From assembly GCF_009914755.1 (NCBI RefSeq), contig NC_060929.1: DNA of 64,000 bases. One strand, 5' to 3'. Position numbers and translations under genes: made by a program. The first letter of the stretch is position 1, and the number at the start of each line of letters is the position of its first letter. Of this stretch, positions 44,751 to 59,631 are shown piece after piece. The stretch comes from the human T2T-CHM13v2.0 reference genome, Homo sapiens. Below the pieces are notes generated by a model that was not told the DNA's origin, did not search any database, and saw nothing but the letters and a program-made list of their open reading frames with translations.

Positions 44751-46829
44751 AAACATCTTTACTGATTTTGTTTCAAACTTCTCTCATTTTTTCCTGATGG
44801 AAGTGAATAAAGCTCTCCAAATAAAAATTAAAAACTTCTATTTCTATATTCAATTCTGTCAAGTTTTTCTGCATATATTTCAAGCTCTCTTTTAAGGCTA
44901 TACAATCTTTCACATATTTTCCCTGTGTTTTTCATTTTTAATATAATATACCCCTACTTATTTTTTATTAATAATACTTTGGCTTAAAGTGCAGTTTATT
45001 TGATATTAATATAATCATTCTGACTTTTGTTTTTGTTCACTATTTTCATAATATATCTTCCCCCCCAATGATATCTTGCCTGAGATCATTTTGTATAGCT
45101 ATTTATTTTTGGTTTATTGATGTATTATTTACAAACAGTAAAGTTCATTGTTTTATCTGCAATCCTAGAAATTTTGATAAATGTATACATTTATAAAGCC
45201 TCCAACATAATCATGCTATATAGTTCTTTCGTCAAACTCAAACCTTTAGGCAATTTTATATATCTCGCCCAGTGATTGCCAATGAACATTCTATTTACTG
45301 CAGTGATAAATTTGCCTTTTCTAGAATATCATATTAATTGATCATACATTATGTAGTCTTTACATCTACTCTCTTCTTATTTTATAAGATTCATCCATGC
45401 TGTTGTGTGAATCAATTCTTTCTTTCCAAAATACTATATTATTGCAGAAGAGTGATCTATTTTGTTGTAGATACTATACTGTCTGTTTATTCAAACACCC
45501 ATTAAAGCAATTTTCATTGATTCCAGTTTTGAGTGTTTATAAATAAAGTCATCACAAACAATCATATGCAAGTTTTTTTGAACAAAGCTTTTCGTTTCTG
45601 TGTGTATATATGTCATGTGGATTATTGGATTATATGGTAAGATTTTATTTATATAGGAAGATGCTAAACTGTATTTTTTTCAAACTAGTTGTACCATTTG
45701 CACTTCCATTAATAATATATGAGATTTTCAGTTGCTCCACATACACCAGCACATGATGCTATATTTTTAAAGTAACTCTAATAGGTGTTTAATGCTATCT
45801 CATTGTGGTTTTAATTTCCACTAATGTCTAATTATCTTGCATATGACAAAGTGCCTATTCAAATGTTTGGCATTTTTATAGTGTTTTAAAAATTTTAATG
45901 AGTTTGCGAGTTCTCGATACATTATAGATACAAATCCTTTTATATCTATTTATTTTTGAATATTATCTCCCTATCTGTGGATTAAAATTTATATTTTCTG
46001 TGAATTATACTTTATATTTTTAGCCCTATATTTTGAAGAGAAGTTTTTCATTTTTAAAGGCACAATACATCATCGTGTGCAGGTTTTCTATGTTTATTTC
46101 CTAGAATTTTAAAGTTTAACATTTAACAGATAGATCTATTTTGATTCATTTTCCTTTACATTTTTGATGTATTTTTAATGGTATATGTCAAGGTTTTTTT
46201 GCAGATATGCATAACTATTTGTTTCAGTATGATTTGTTAAAAGTAATTATCCTCATTTTATGAATTGCTTTTGCACCTTGTAAAAATTCTTTTGACTACA
46301 TATGTTTGGAGCTATTTCTGAATTCTCTATTCTATTCAAGTCATATATTGAAACAACTTTTGCCAACATCACACTCTTATGACTACTGTCACTTTATGAT
46401 AAGGCTTAAAATTAGGTGAAGTGTGTAATCCAACTTTGTTCTTTTTCAAAATTGTTTCAACAAGTCTAGTTGCTCTCCTTTTGCATACGCATTTTAGAAT
46501 TAGCTGGCATATTTGAACAAAAACTCCGAACAGAAATCTGATAAAAATAAATTGAATCTATGTCAAATTTGGAAATAATTCACATCTTTAGAACTATAAA
46601 CACAGTATAACTCTTGATTTCAAGTGTACCTTAATTTGTTTCTTCAGTATTTTTTACTCTTTAATATGTATATTTGCAGAAATGTTTAAGATTTATACTG
46701 AAATACTTCATGTGTTTTGATTATAAAAACCAAAAATAATAGCTTCCTAAGATTTAAAAAATAAAAACTTGGCCGTAATCAAAAGTATTTTTACATTTGC
46801 CAGATTCCATTTGATATTTTGTGAAACAG

Positions 46830-46998
46830 TTAATATTTAATATTTATTTATCATTAATATTTAATAATATTTAATATTTAATTTTATTAATTTAAATTTA
46901 TTTAAATTAATAAATGTGTTTAATATTTAATTTATTAATTTAAATTTATTAATATTAATTTTAATATTAATAATATGTAATAATTAATATTTAAATAA
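46830..46998. repeat. Extremely AT-rich low-complexity tract
   Basis: Almost only A/T; repeated ttaatatttaa and ttaaatttatt motifs. Confidence 0.9.
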
Positions 46999-48171
46999 GG
47001 AGAAATAATGATCTTCAGTTTTCATTTGTCTTTCTGATTTTGTATCAGGTGGTCAAACTATATTCTCTTACCATTAATACATGTAACTAGTTCTTAATAT
47101 CAGAAAAATTCATGAAAATTTCTCAAGTAAATAAAAATCAGACAACATACTTATAAGAGTCTGAGTCATCAAAAAGAATGTTAAATGGAAAACTAGAATG
47201 TATCACGAACTGAATGGCAATTAAAACACAGTGTACATAATCTTGTTGCTAAACCAGCTAATTTAATATCACTCAATGCTTGCATTAAAAAAAAAACTGT
47301 CTCAAAAATGTAAGTTACCACCATAGAAAAGGTAAAAAAAAAAAAAGAATAAGCCCAAAACAAAGAAAATGATAGAAACAATAAAGTTAAGAGACTAAAT
47401 TAATTTAAAAAATTAAAGAGAACAAGAAAAAAAAATCAATGCAACCAATGCTGCTTCTTTGAAAATATCAATAAAAATGACAAATTTCTATCATGCTGCC
47501 CCCAAAAGGATGTGTAATAAAGGGACACATTACTACATATCCTACAGACCTTGAAGGAGAGAAAAATAGAATGTCACGAAGAATGTCATTTATGCCCATA
47601 AGTATAATATAGAAACTATTTGAAAGGGATACCTTTAGTTAAAGACATAAATGACCAAAATTCATTCAATATACAGTATATAACGTGACTAATCCTTTGT
47701 TAACTAAAGAAAGAAATCAATACTTAAAAGCTTTCAGCAAAAGACAAGGTAACAAGCTCCTTTAAAAAAATTTGCCTGTAAGTCATTTATATTTAATGTC
47801 ATTATTTATATGATTTGATTAAGTAGTCCATCTTGATAGTTATTTTCTTTTTGTTATTCTCACTTTGTTTCTTGTACTTTTTTTTGTTTTCTTTCTTCAG
47901 TTGGGTCAACTGAGTAATTTTTCTGATTTATCTTCTCTGCATTCTTTTAACTTATTTAAAAAAATTATTAGCATATACTTTTGGGATTACAATGTATGTA
48001 TTTTTGGCTAATAAATCTAGCTTCCATTTTTATTATACTACTTCACTCATACTGTCAGAATCTTAGGAAATTATATATTCAATTACTGCTATTCATCTTT
48101 TATTTTACCTGTGCCACACATTGTTACGTATGTTGTAAAACTATCCTGCATTACAACGATTGTTGCTTTAC

Positions 48172-48492
48172 ACAGGTGTAAATAAACTATGCAATCTATC
48201 ATCAATGGGCCAAATTCAACAGTATCTAATTTTCTTTGTATGCTCAATGTGCTAAGTACATTTTTTACATATCTAAAGAATTGAAAAAAGAGGATGAAGA
48301 AGAATAGAAAAAAGAAGGAGCCACCCCGGAAAAGGAAGAAGAGAAAGAGGAACGAGAAGGGGAGAAATGAATATAAATATATGTGAGGCATACATGAGGC
48401 ACATACATACACATATATATTTCTCCGTATGTGGTCACTAAAACCTAACATATTTATCTCATCCTTTAATAAAAAGGTTTGCAAAGCCTCAC
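48172..48492. mobile_element. MER58-like hAT MITE with an expanded GA-rich middle
   Basis: caggtgtaaataaactat...gggccaaattc...ccgtatgtggtcactaaaacctaacatattta...aaaaggtttgc. Confidence 0.7.
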
Positions 48493-48542
48493 CTTAGATG
48501 TAATTTATTTTTAGTGATTAACATTAAAAAAATAAAGATATT

Positions 48543-48909
48543 TGCTATGGTCTGTATGATTCTGTTCCTCCAAAATTCATATGTTGAATCCTAAGCACTA
48601 AAGTAATAGTGCTACAAAAGGGGTACTTTGAAAAGCTATTAGGTAATGACGGCTAAGCCATCATAAATGGAATTGATGTTTTTATAAAAGGGGCTCCTGA
48701 GAGATACCCTGCCCCCTTCAACCTTGTGATGAAACAGCAAGAAGTACCACAGTCTACAACTTGGAATGTGACTCTCATCAGAACCAGAAAATGCTGGCAT
48801 CTTAATCTTGGACCACCCAGGCTCCAGAACTGTGTGACTTAAATTTCTGTTGCTTATAAGCTACCCAGATAATTGCATTTTATTATAGAAGCCACAAAAG
48901 ACTAAGATA
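48543..48909 (+). mobile_element. MLT1A-type solo LTR
   Basis: tgctatggtctg...caaaattcatatgttgaatccta...gactaagata. Confidence 0.88.
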
Positions 48910-49983
48910 GTTGTTTAACATTTATAATTATTCTAACAATTTTGAGACATTCATTATTTATATAGATTCAAATTTTGTTCAATAGCATATTGCTCCAGCT
49001 TAAATAATGACTAAATACTTTTTGTATCACATTTTTACTCATCATTAATTCATTAAAATTGTTGCTTGTCTGAGTATTTTTTTGTCCTTTATCATATGTA
49101 TTTTTACTGAGTATAGAATATGGGACTGACAGGACTGACATTTTTTTCTTGTATTGCTTTAAATATGTCACTCCATTGTCTTCCGACGTATATATTGCTT
49201 CGGATTTGCAAAAACAGAAAATTTACTGGAGCTTATCTTTTTTTCTCATTATGACATTTTTCTTTTCCTTCAAGAAATTGTGTTCATCTCTGATTTTAGA
49301 GGGTCCTTGTATTTATTATATTTATGGCTCTCTAAGCTGCTTGGATCTGTGGTTTGACATATTTCATTATTTGCAGAAAATTCTCACCATTAGATATTTC
49401 TCTTTCCCTTCTGGATTTCCAATTACATGTATGTTTTGCCATTTGATAGTTTGCCATATCCCTGGATGCTTTCTTCTTGTTCATTTGCTTATCCTGCCTA
49501 TATTTCACTTGGGTAAATTATAATAATCTGTCTTCAGGTACACTGAATCACTTGTTGGCTGTCTTCAGCCCATTGAATACATTATTCACCTCTCTTAGTG
49601 TATTTTTGATTTCTACTGTCTATACTTAGTTCTTTTTCAATTTCCATCTCTCTGTTGAAATTCTCCTTTTTTATTCCTGCTGTCAATTTTTCACTTGAGT
49701 TTTAAACATACTATTCACTTTATTTTTATTTTTAAATTACTGTCTAATATTTCCAACATCCAACCAACTTTGTAATGTTGATTTTTGTCTTTTGACATTG
49801 TTTTTCATTGTTTCTCTTAATTCTTGTTAGATACTGGACATTGTGTACAGGATGATAATAACAGTAGTAAATAATATATGTACTTTGAAATACGCATGCT
49901 TTTTCTTCTGCTATGCTGTTACTGTGGGAGACACAGTTAGTTGAGTCAGCAGTTGATCTAGGTCCTCAGCTTGTTGTTGCTAT

Positions 49984-50664
49984 TGTCAATTAAGGAATGA
50001 CAAGGTTCATAAATTTAGAAAAAAGAGTTTTATTTCTCATAAATGGCTGCAGCCTGCCACATGGCCCTTCTAACAGACTGGGAAGCATAGCTTCCAGCCA
50101 GAAACCAAAAACAGATGATTCAACGGTGGGAGGAGTAAGACAGGAACATATATTCAATTAGCTATAAGAGGAGTCATGAATATTTGAAAGGAGAAGCATG
50201 TGCATAGGCAATTGAGCTTCATGCCTCCCCCATGGGACCCATGTGAAAAAAAAATGATGGTGTTAGCATAACCCAAGGGTGTGGATTTTGCCCTGTGACA
50301 TCAAAAGGTGAAACAGGGATATGAAAACCATCTCTGCATCCTCCATAGACTGGCCAGAACCACTCTGTGGTCAGTGATCTCTTGTCAAGAAGAAATGCTG
50401 ATCAGTTGTTCTGTTGAAACCCTAAAAGTCAGGGGCAGCTGCCAGTCAGTTGGTTGATATTATCAGTAAAGTCTTTTGAAAGGGCTAGTTTCTGTTAGAA
50501 AGCCTAGTGGCTATCAGTGTGGAAGGGGTTATAACGAGGTATGTTTTACCTCCCATCCAGTTATGTCTGAGAAATCAGTTTTCAAGGTTTCTCTGGGGTT
50601 CCTTTGCCCAAAAGGGAGTCTGTTCAGTGAGTTGTGAGGCTTAGAATTTTATTTTTATTTCTCA
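49984..50664 (-). mobile_element. ERV1 MER4-group solo LTR (MER50/MER83-like)
   Basis: TG...CA ends; the minus strand starts tgagaaataaaaataaaattctaagcc; 4-bp TSD CTAT (49980-49983, 50665-50668). Confidence 0.85.
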
Positions 50665-52024
50665 CTATTATTAATTTCAGTACAAAACTACCCTCAAATT
50701 CTTCTAACATTACCTTGTACATAGAGTGAGGACTAGTTTGTCCGTGGGTGTTTCCTCAATATTCTTGCTCTACTATTACCTTTATACCTTCCCTGTATTC
50801 CCGTATCTTAGAGTCTCTCTTTAAATTTTTGTGTTTCCTCTGTCATATAATGCAATTTCTTATTACTTAAGGTTTGCTAATCTGGTAATGATAGGAATTA
50901 CATATGTTCTCTGTTGTGCTGGTCAGCCTCTCTTAGTTTCTCTTTGCTCTGTGTTTCAAAGGAGGAATTTCTTGGTGATTTTTGCCTATCCTCAAATAAT
51001 AAGAGATCTCTAAATGATCTGGGCTCAAAATATTTTTCTTCCTTCCTTTAGGAAATAGTTGGATTCCCACCCCACCTCCCCCCATCTCTGTAGTAGTAAA
51101 TCTTCATCGCTACCCTAGGAGAAACAGTATTCGCTGTTTTTGTCTTTAGATTATTATTATTTTTTAAATGGCCATTTCTTTCTCATGTACCCTGTAACAG
51201 ATGGGTATATTCTTGTGTCCCACCTCTCTTACAAAGTTTTTGGTGTATCCTGGGACTTTAGGCTTGATCTTTTCTCTTTAAACTCAATTCTAATAGTCTA
51301 AAGGAAAACCATTATCTTGCAAATCACTTCCAAATGTTATGGGTGGCAAGATGAGTGTGAGCCTCTTTCCAGCTTTCTACCTCATAGAGGGAATCTAGAG
51401 GATCCATGTCTTTATATTTGAAGTGCATCTCCTGATAGGGTATACAGAAGAATCTTGATTTTTGCTGTTTTATATTTGTTTCACCTCATACTTTTATTTC
51501 TTCATTTCTCCTTCTCTGCCTTATTTTTATTTTGCCAACATTTTAGTATACCATTTAGATTACATTGACATTTAACATTTAGCATTATTATTTGTATTAA
51601 TTTTTAGTTATTGATCTAGTATTGATTGCAACATGCATCTTTATATTATCAGAATACAGTTGTATTTAATGTAGAATTACACCTAGTAAAAATTACTTAG
51701 CAGTCGTATATTGCAATTACCACCATTTCTTTAAGCTATTTATATCACATAAGTATTTCATCAATGCATGTTACAACAAGATGGTGTTGTTTATTATCCT
51801 ATACTTTACACAATTTAATATATGTATGTAACAGGGTTACATATCTATAATATAGAAGCTCTTTATATAACATATAACTAATAAATTATTTTTTGAAATG
51901 TGATATTTAAAAATAAATAGAAATGTTATTTGGATTATCTAGTTAATTGGAACATTAAAGTCACAGTATAATAAAATATTTTAAGAATGACAAATATTAA
52001 ATGTATTTTATGCACAACAGAAAC

Positions 52025-52319
52025 TTTTTTGTTTCCGAGACAGGCTTTTGCTTTGTCACCCAGGCTGGAGTGCAGTGGCACAATCATAGCTCACTATAAC
52101 CTCAAAATCCTGGACTAAAGATATCTTCCCACCTCAGCCTCCCTAGTAGCTGGGACCACAGACATATACTTTCATGCCCAGCTAATTTTTTAAAAGTTTT
52201 TGTTCAGAATGGGTCTTGCTATATTGCTCAGGGTAGTCTCGAACTCTTGGCTTCAAGCAATCTACCAGTCTCAGCCTCTTGAATTGCTGGGATTACAGAC
52301 CTGAGCCACTGTGCCCAGC
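52025..52319 (-). mobile_element. AluJ
   Basis: Diverged dimer with the J-type atcatagctcact; TSD AGAAACTT/AGGAACTT. Confidence 0.92.
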
Positions 52320-53149
52320 AGGAACTTCTCATTTACAGGACAGAAGGTATGTTGACAGAAAGTTTATTTTCACTAGTATTAGCTAATGCTAATTAACTTT
52401 TGATAAGATATTAGTAAATTACAGTAAACCCTTGAAAACTGAAATATCTAGTGTCATGAGATAGTTTATTTTAAAATGATTGAAGTCAAGTCTCAAATTC
52501 AAATGTTTCTTCTAAGTTTGTTGATACTATATTAGATTATTAAATACATTTCAGTGCAGCAAATTTTATTCATTAAAAATTTATAATATTTGACATAATA
52601 AATGTCACTAATTGAACTACAATGATTTAGAATGAATATAGTGGTAAACTACCAATTGTAATGCTCTATAAGATATATATTCAATTTATACAAATTAAAA
52701 CCATTATATATTCGGTATATTGCTCGGCAAAATAGTGAATAGTATATTTAAGAATTAATTAAATGAATATATACGTGCTCACACACACACACTCACACAT
52801 CTATCATGCCATGCCAAGATCACTAGAAATGACTTATCTCTTCTAACACAAATAATTGATTCATTTTGAACAATGGAATTGGAGCTCTCAAAAAGAAGTT
52901 TAATAATGTTATGTTTTTCAAGAATCTCAATATTTTACACTCAATGTTAATCATGTATCACTATATATTACTTTTCTACTGCTGAGGTTAGTTGATCTAA
53001 GTGTCTATGGAGGTTAAATCACTTGATCTTCAGCAATTCTTCCGTGGTTCTGCTCAGTCTACTTAACCTAGAAATTACTTCAAGGGAAGAGATTGTGAAT
53101 CCTATCCTTTATGCCATTATTGGAATAGAGAAAATTGACAGTGATTTTA

Positions 53150-53536
53150 TACAGTCATGATTCTGACACCTTTAAAGGTTAATTGAATGCAACCAACAAG
53201 AAATGGTAAATTAGCCAGAACTAGTAATGGTGAAGTTGTGGAGAGGAAACCCTTACAATATCAATTCTAAAGGGATGGGGAAAGAGCTGTTAATGCAGCT
53301 GGAACAATAAAGGCAGCTGAGGGAGGGGGCTTCTGAAAGGAGTTGGGGAAATTCTCCCGCTACCAGACCTTCACTCCTCAGGTGAGAGCAAGAAGAACAT
53401 GGACCTGAACTACCTTTCTCCACTGAAAGCCAGAAGGCAAGGGATTTGGATAATGCTGTGCATTGATGACAGACTTCAGGCACAACTGCAGGGCAGAGAG
53501 AAGAAATCGAGTGGTACATAGAAAATTACCAGAGCA
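53150..53536 (-). mobile_element. Ancient ERVL-type LTR (LTR33/LTR41-like)
   Basis: aagccagaaggcaaggga...atgctgtgcat...gcagggcagagagaag resembles this family. Confidence 0.5.
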
Positions 53537-54556
53537 GATTTTCTGGACAGTCATTTAGAAATGTAAGATTTAGCAAGACATTTTATGATACAATTTAAGT
53601 AGCTTGTTGCAAATATATAATTTATCTCTTGCAATGCAAACAGCAAAATGTTTCAGTAGCACGCTAGCAAATCATTAAAGTTCACTAATTCTACTTTTTG
53701 AAGATGAAAAGGAAAGGAAAATTGCTAATATGGCTAAGTTCCAAAATATGCTTAACCTGTAAGGAAAGCTATAAAATAGATTTTTGTAATAAAAATAATT
53801 ATTATTCCAGAAACATTCTGAGACTCTAGAAAGCAAAAAAGTCATATATTATTTCTAATTTTAAAATATTTTATGACTGTGTATGTTTAATTTGGGCGCT
53901 ATAGTAAATAACATAGTATATATATACTCTCCCACAGTTGCATAGTTCTTTTTCATGGATATATGACAAAGGAATAAAATATTAATCACAAACCAGAATA
54001 CAGTTTCAGAGTCGGTGACTTTCCCTCCGGAACATGAAAAATGATATTATTGAGAGACAATTATAATATAAAGGATGAGAACATTTCAAGGTAGACCCAC
54101 GGGATATAGCAAAGAAAGGTCTCATTTGCATAAACAGAGTTGTATTAGGGAACGGATATAACAGGAAGAGTTGCAATAAACACAATTCATAAGCACTACG
54201 ACAAAATGACTAATCAAACAGGTATACTAAAATACAGCAATAAAAGAGATTGCATATAGTCTAGTAAGAGAAAAGATAGATATTCAAAATTTATGGCTCT
54301 CATATTTCTTTATTCAAACTTTTTTGACTTCCAAAATGGTTTGAAAGGTTCTAAAACCAAAAGTATATATAAAATTAAAATCCCTTTCTCCCTTTTTCTC
54401 TCACTCTTGCTGTGTATATGTATATAGTTATAAATAGAGATATAGATATATTTGTGTGCTGCCTATGTATATAAATATATGTGTATCAGATTCTTTTTAC
54501 CTGCCTATAATTGACTGATTCATTTTTAAAAGTTAGTTAGCAAAAGTGATAGTGTC

Positions 54557-54895
<339 letters not shown>

Positions 54896-55085
54896 TTAAC
54901 TATAGAAACATGATGGTTTATTAGCTAATGAAGGAAGCATCCTTCAAGGAGAAATTGAGTATATTTCAGAAATATACCTATGAGCAACAACATTTAAGTA
55001 ATAAGCTCTTTTAAGTTTAAATAAGATTGTGAAAGCTTAAAAAAACAGACAGTTGAAAATAAAGCCAATCAGAAAGCAATAAAGC

Positions 55086-55436
<351 letters not shown>

Positions 55437-56039
55437 TTAACATTAAGTATTACGTGAGTATTTCCAAAGGCAAATTAAACATTTTAAAGTACACGTCTGC
55501 ATCTACCAAGTCACAAATCGAATATGAAGGTACAATAAAGTAATTTTCATATACCCACACATTAAAAAATATGCATCTAGGACTTTGCATTTTGCAAGTT
55601 AATTGATATGGCTAGCAGCAAAATGTAATTAGTAAACCACGAAGCATTGAGACCCAGGTAGAAAACATTCGAACTAGCCTAAGAATTTTATGCCGGGGAG
55701 TCTAAATCATCAATATATTTAGGGAAGGGTTAATGCACAGCCTTGAATGCCTGATTAGAAAGCTTTGATTTGTCATTTGGTATGTAGAGAGACACTCAGA
55801 GAGAGAGAGAGAGAGTACACCAGACAGACAGAGGCTATGGTGCCAATCTTGGTACTACCACAGGCTACCTGAGTGAAATTTTTAAGTTATACTTATCCTT
55901 AAGTGTCACGTGAGGAGGCTAGGCTATATTTTCTGCAAACTTTTCATCAAGCAGAAAGTCACACTGGACAGTAATGTTCTAGCCAAAGATTACAGATAAT
56001 AAGCTAGTAAAAATATTAATATACCACATATTGCATTGT

Positions 56040-57000
56040 GCACAACCATGGGGAAAATTAAAAAGCACGATAAAGTTACAGGAGATGTGGGAGTGGTGCA
56101 TAAATCATTTTATAATAATATTTAGTTAGAGTTTTGCTTCAAATGTGATATTTGTGTATAGAGTTAAAGAAGAGAGATCAAGGTACACAGATATAACAGA
56201 GAAGAGTATTCCAGGCACAGAGATTGGCAGGTGCAAAGGTTCTAAGGTAAGAGCATGTTCAGTATATACCAAGAAAAGCATGAAGACCTTCCTGTCTGAA
56301 GAAGATCAAGTGTAGGAGAAATAAGAAGGGGATTTTGTAGTGTAGCAACAGTGAGAAGTGATCAAATATACAATATATTCCGAAGAGACAAGAACACAGG
56401 CTGATGAAATAGATGTGATGCGTAATAGAAAAAGGAAGAGCAACTAAAGATTTCCAGATCATGGCTTGAAGAACAAGAAGGGTGGAAAACTCATTAGCTT
56501 AAGGGAGAAAGTAAGATTAGCAGGTTCTTATTAGATGACTCTAATGAAACAATAGGTATGGGTCATGTTAATTCCAAGAATCTTATATGATACCCAAGTA
56601 GAGAAGTTAAATCATGTTAAAGATATATTTTAAGAGTTCAGAATTGAGATAAAAATGTAGGGCTCGCTAGCCCATAGAAATTGCATCAATCATTGTAACA
56701 GCAAATATTACACAGGAAATCAGCAAAATTTAGATGATCAAGAAATGAGCCTTGGACTTCACCATCTTTTTGTCAAGAAATCAGTAAAGGCTTTTAATAT
56801 ATTGGAAAAAATCAGGAGTGTGTGTCTTTCTAAAGACAGACAGAGAAACGATTTCAAGAGGGGACTGATCACTTGTACCAAACTCTGCTAACAGGTCAAG
56901 CAAAATGGAGTTGAGGACCTGATCATTGGATTCAATAATGTGGAGATTATTGATGAGCTTCATAAGAATGGGTTTGTTGAAGTGAGGGTGAGGATGAAAT
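56040..57000 (-). mobile_element. LINE-2
   Basis: gaagagtattccaggcacagag...caggtgcaaagg; ORF 56781-56963 ILLDLLAEFGTSDQ resembles the L2 RT motif LLDLSAAFDTVDH. Confidence 0.8.
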
Positions 57001-57104
57001 CCTAACTGCAGGTACTGACCAAATCTGTGAAAAAAAAATAACCTATCCTCTCAGTAGATTGTTTCTTCATCTACATTCAGACACTAAAGATTATGTACTT
57101 TTCT

Positions 57105-57228
57105 GTATAAATAAAAGGGGCACAAATGCCATTTTTTACATGGATATATTGAGTAGGGGTGAAGTCTGGACTTTTAGTGTAACTAACTGTCATTCAAATA
57201 ATGTACATTTCCTCTATTAAGTAATTAC
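57105..57228 (-). mobile_element. L1PB-like 3' end fragment
   Basis: ttttacatggatatattgagtaggggtgaagtctggacttttagtgtaac. Confidence 0.7.
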
Positions 57229-57619
57229 CTTTTGCTTTACCATAAGCCTCTCCATTTTTTAGGTAAAATTATTTACTAGTTGCAATATATTCTCTCTTTT
57301 TTTCCAAAAATTATCACACCAGTTTCCTTATTTTCCTGTTTCCACTCTCTGCCATCAATGCACATGCATTCCAAAATTATCACATATACATGATTGCATC
57401 GGCCTGTGCATTTGTTCTTGATTTTTTCACTAATGGTTTAGCCCGTCACATTTTACTACTGCTGTATTAATTTACAAAATGAAATTTTCTAGTTTGTCTT
57501 TTTTTGTCAAAAAATACCTTATGTCACAATCTGAAAATAATCTCACTTCTTTTAAACTGTATTTTTCCACTGAATATATTCAAAATTCTAATTTTAAAAG
57601 TCCTCCATTGCAATTACAT

Positions 57620-59440
57620 GTTTCTGCAATTGTAGTCCTCTCTCCTACCTATTCAAACCACATCTCAGAATAGTTTCCTAAAAATGCTGGCTTCATTTCC
57701 TCACCTATCTCTCTCTCCTTAACCCCGGACAATCTGTTTTGTATCCTATCACTTCTCTTAAATAGCACTTCTAAAATCTTCATTGATTTCTCCATCTCAA
57801 AAGCCAGTGGTCAATATCCTCTTACTTGACGTCTCAGCATTTATTGACCTTGTTGACTCTTCCTTGAAACGTTTGTGTGACATCACACTCTTGACTTTCT
57901 CTTAACTTTCGGATTTATTCTTTCTTGAACTCCTCTTGACCTTATCTATACTACGTAGTCAAAATTTTGGTGATCCTTTTTCTTTTGTATTGCTTCCTAG
58001 CAAAGCTCCTTGACTGCTCCAAGTCCCATGACTATTGGTGAACAGATTGTGCATACCTTTCTATATATTCAGTCCAGGCTTACTGTTTTAACTTTGAAAA
58101 TCCACATATTTCTTGAATGTCTATTTCAAAGGAACATCAGAGGTACATTAAGCTGAGTTTATGGTCCTCTTGCCTTAAAGGATTTTATTTTCTGGTCTTG
58201 TCCAGATTCCCTATCGCAATGAAAAGAACCATCACGCCCCCAAATATCACAACTAGGGAACAAAGGAACCCTGGGATACTCTGTCTCTCTAATTTCTAGT
58301 TATCCAATATGTACTTTCAATTTTTAATTTTAAGTACTTCTTAAATTACTACATAGCTATCTATCTCCAAAGCACTTATTTGAAGCAACCATTAGTTCTC
58401 AACTAGTCTAGTGGTAAAGCATTTTAATTTGCTGACCTCCAATTCTCTTGTCCAAACCAACTCTTTACTGAAGAGTGAGTGCTTTATAATTAAAATGAAC
58501 CTCTGATAATAATACATTTTCTCCTATTATTCATTTAAGTAATACCTCATTACATTTAGAATAAAAAACAAAGTTAAAAGCTCCTATAATATCTGAGACT
58601 GGCTTATTTTCCCTGTCTCCCGTGCAACAGGACAACACTTTCACCTAATTCTAATACTCTTGTGTCCTACTCTCACTTCTATCCATCTCAAATCTTTTTT
58701 CTTTAGGAAGTTCTTTGATCCTACTGATGAAGTTAGAATTCCTATTACAAGTTCTCTAGCACTGTGCCTTCGGAGAATCATCTAATTGTAGTTTTAGCTA
58801 TATTTGTGGGATTATATCATGCATTTCTACCTTCTTTCTAGATTATATATTCCCCAAAGATGGTGTTTCTTGTAATGTGAAGTATGTGTTACTAGTATTT
58901 GATATGGTATCTGGAATTCTAGTTTATAATAAATTATTGGCTTAATTAGTTAACCTCTAGCAATTAAATTATTTTACAATATGATGCTAAACTGTTTTTC
59001 TTCCTTTGTATACTATTATTCCTCTACATTTGCTCACTGAACAATAGAGATTATTTATTTTTCTGAACATGTTTCTTACTTTTCCACATTTTCCCATATA
59101 TTTTATGCCGACTACAGAGCTGTCCAATTCCACTCTCTTTTTTCATCTTTTGACTTTTTCCTCAATCAAATTTCAAGGTCCACATCAAATACTACGTCAT
59201 TATTATAATATTCATTCCTTTTAGTTTCTTATTTTTAAAAAATCTTTACAAAGGCATATATTAGTTCTCTAATTTTTAAAAATCTCTTCAGAGCCACAGT
59301 CTATCTTATGTCATGATAACTTCTATGCTTTTCTTATTTTCTTGTTTACCCCAAGGGAATTGTAAACTCCTTGAATGCAAAGACTTTTTCTTCTTTTGCT
59401 TTGTATTTCTGCAACATAAGTTTCAGTTTTTTGATGGTAT
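57620..59440 (+). mobile_element. LINE-2 fragments
   Basis: cagtggtcaatatcctcttacttgacgtctcagcatttattgaccttgttgac; two L2 3'-end-like segments. Confidence 0.75.
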
Positions 59441-59631
59441 AAATTAATCATTTTTTGTTATTGTTGAGTTTATATGTTCAAGGTCACAGAAGAAAGACAA
59501 GTATCAGAGTCCAGGTCACCTCACATCATTATACAAAGTAGTAAAATATTTCATGAAAATTTGTTACCAGTATAATAAGAAGGCCATTATTTTAAAAAAA
59601 ACAGCCTCAAATAAAATGAAAATTAGGGGTA

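Larger units (their letters stand above)
44780..51800 (-). mobile_element. Patchwork of old L1M fragments, mostly minus strand, with a plus-strand ORF2 piece at ~47105-47750; hosts later insertions
   Basis: T-rich L1 3' end at ~45100, ORF2-like motifs, and ORF1/5'-like sequence at 49000-51400. Confidence 0.65.

Noticed and set aside
48089-49523. Hydrophobic Phe/Leu-rich ORFs resembling membrane proteins
   Set aside because: They arise from T-rich antisense L1 and GA-rich low-complexity sequence
54124-54138. ATTTGCATAAACAGA as an OCT4-SOX2 composite site
   Set aside because: The octamer is perfect but the SOX half and spacing are off; single octamers are expected by chance in 64 kb of AT-rich DNA
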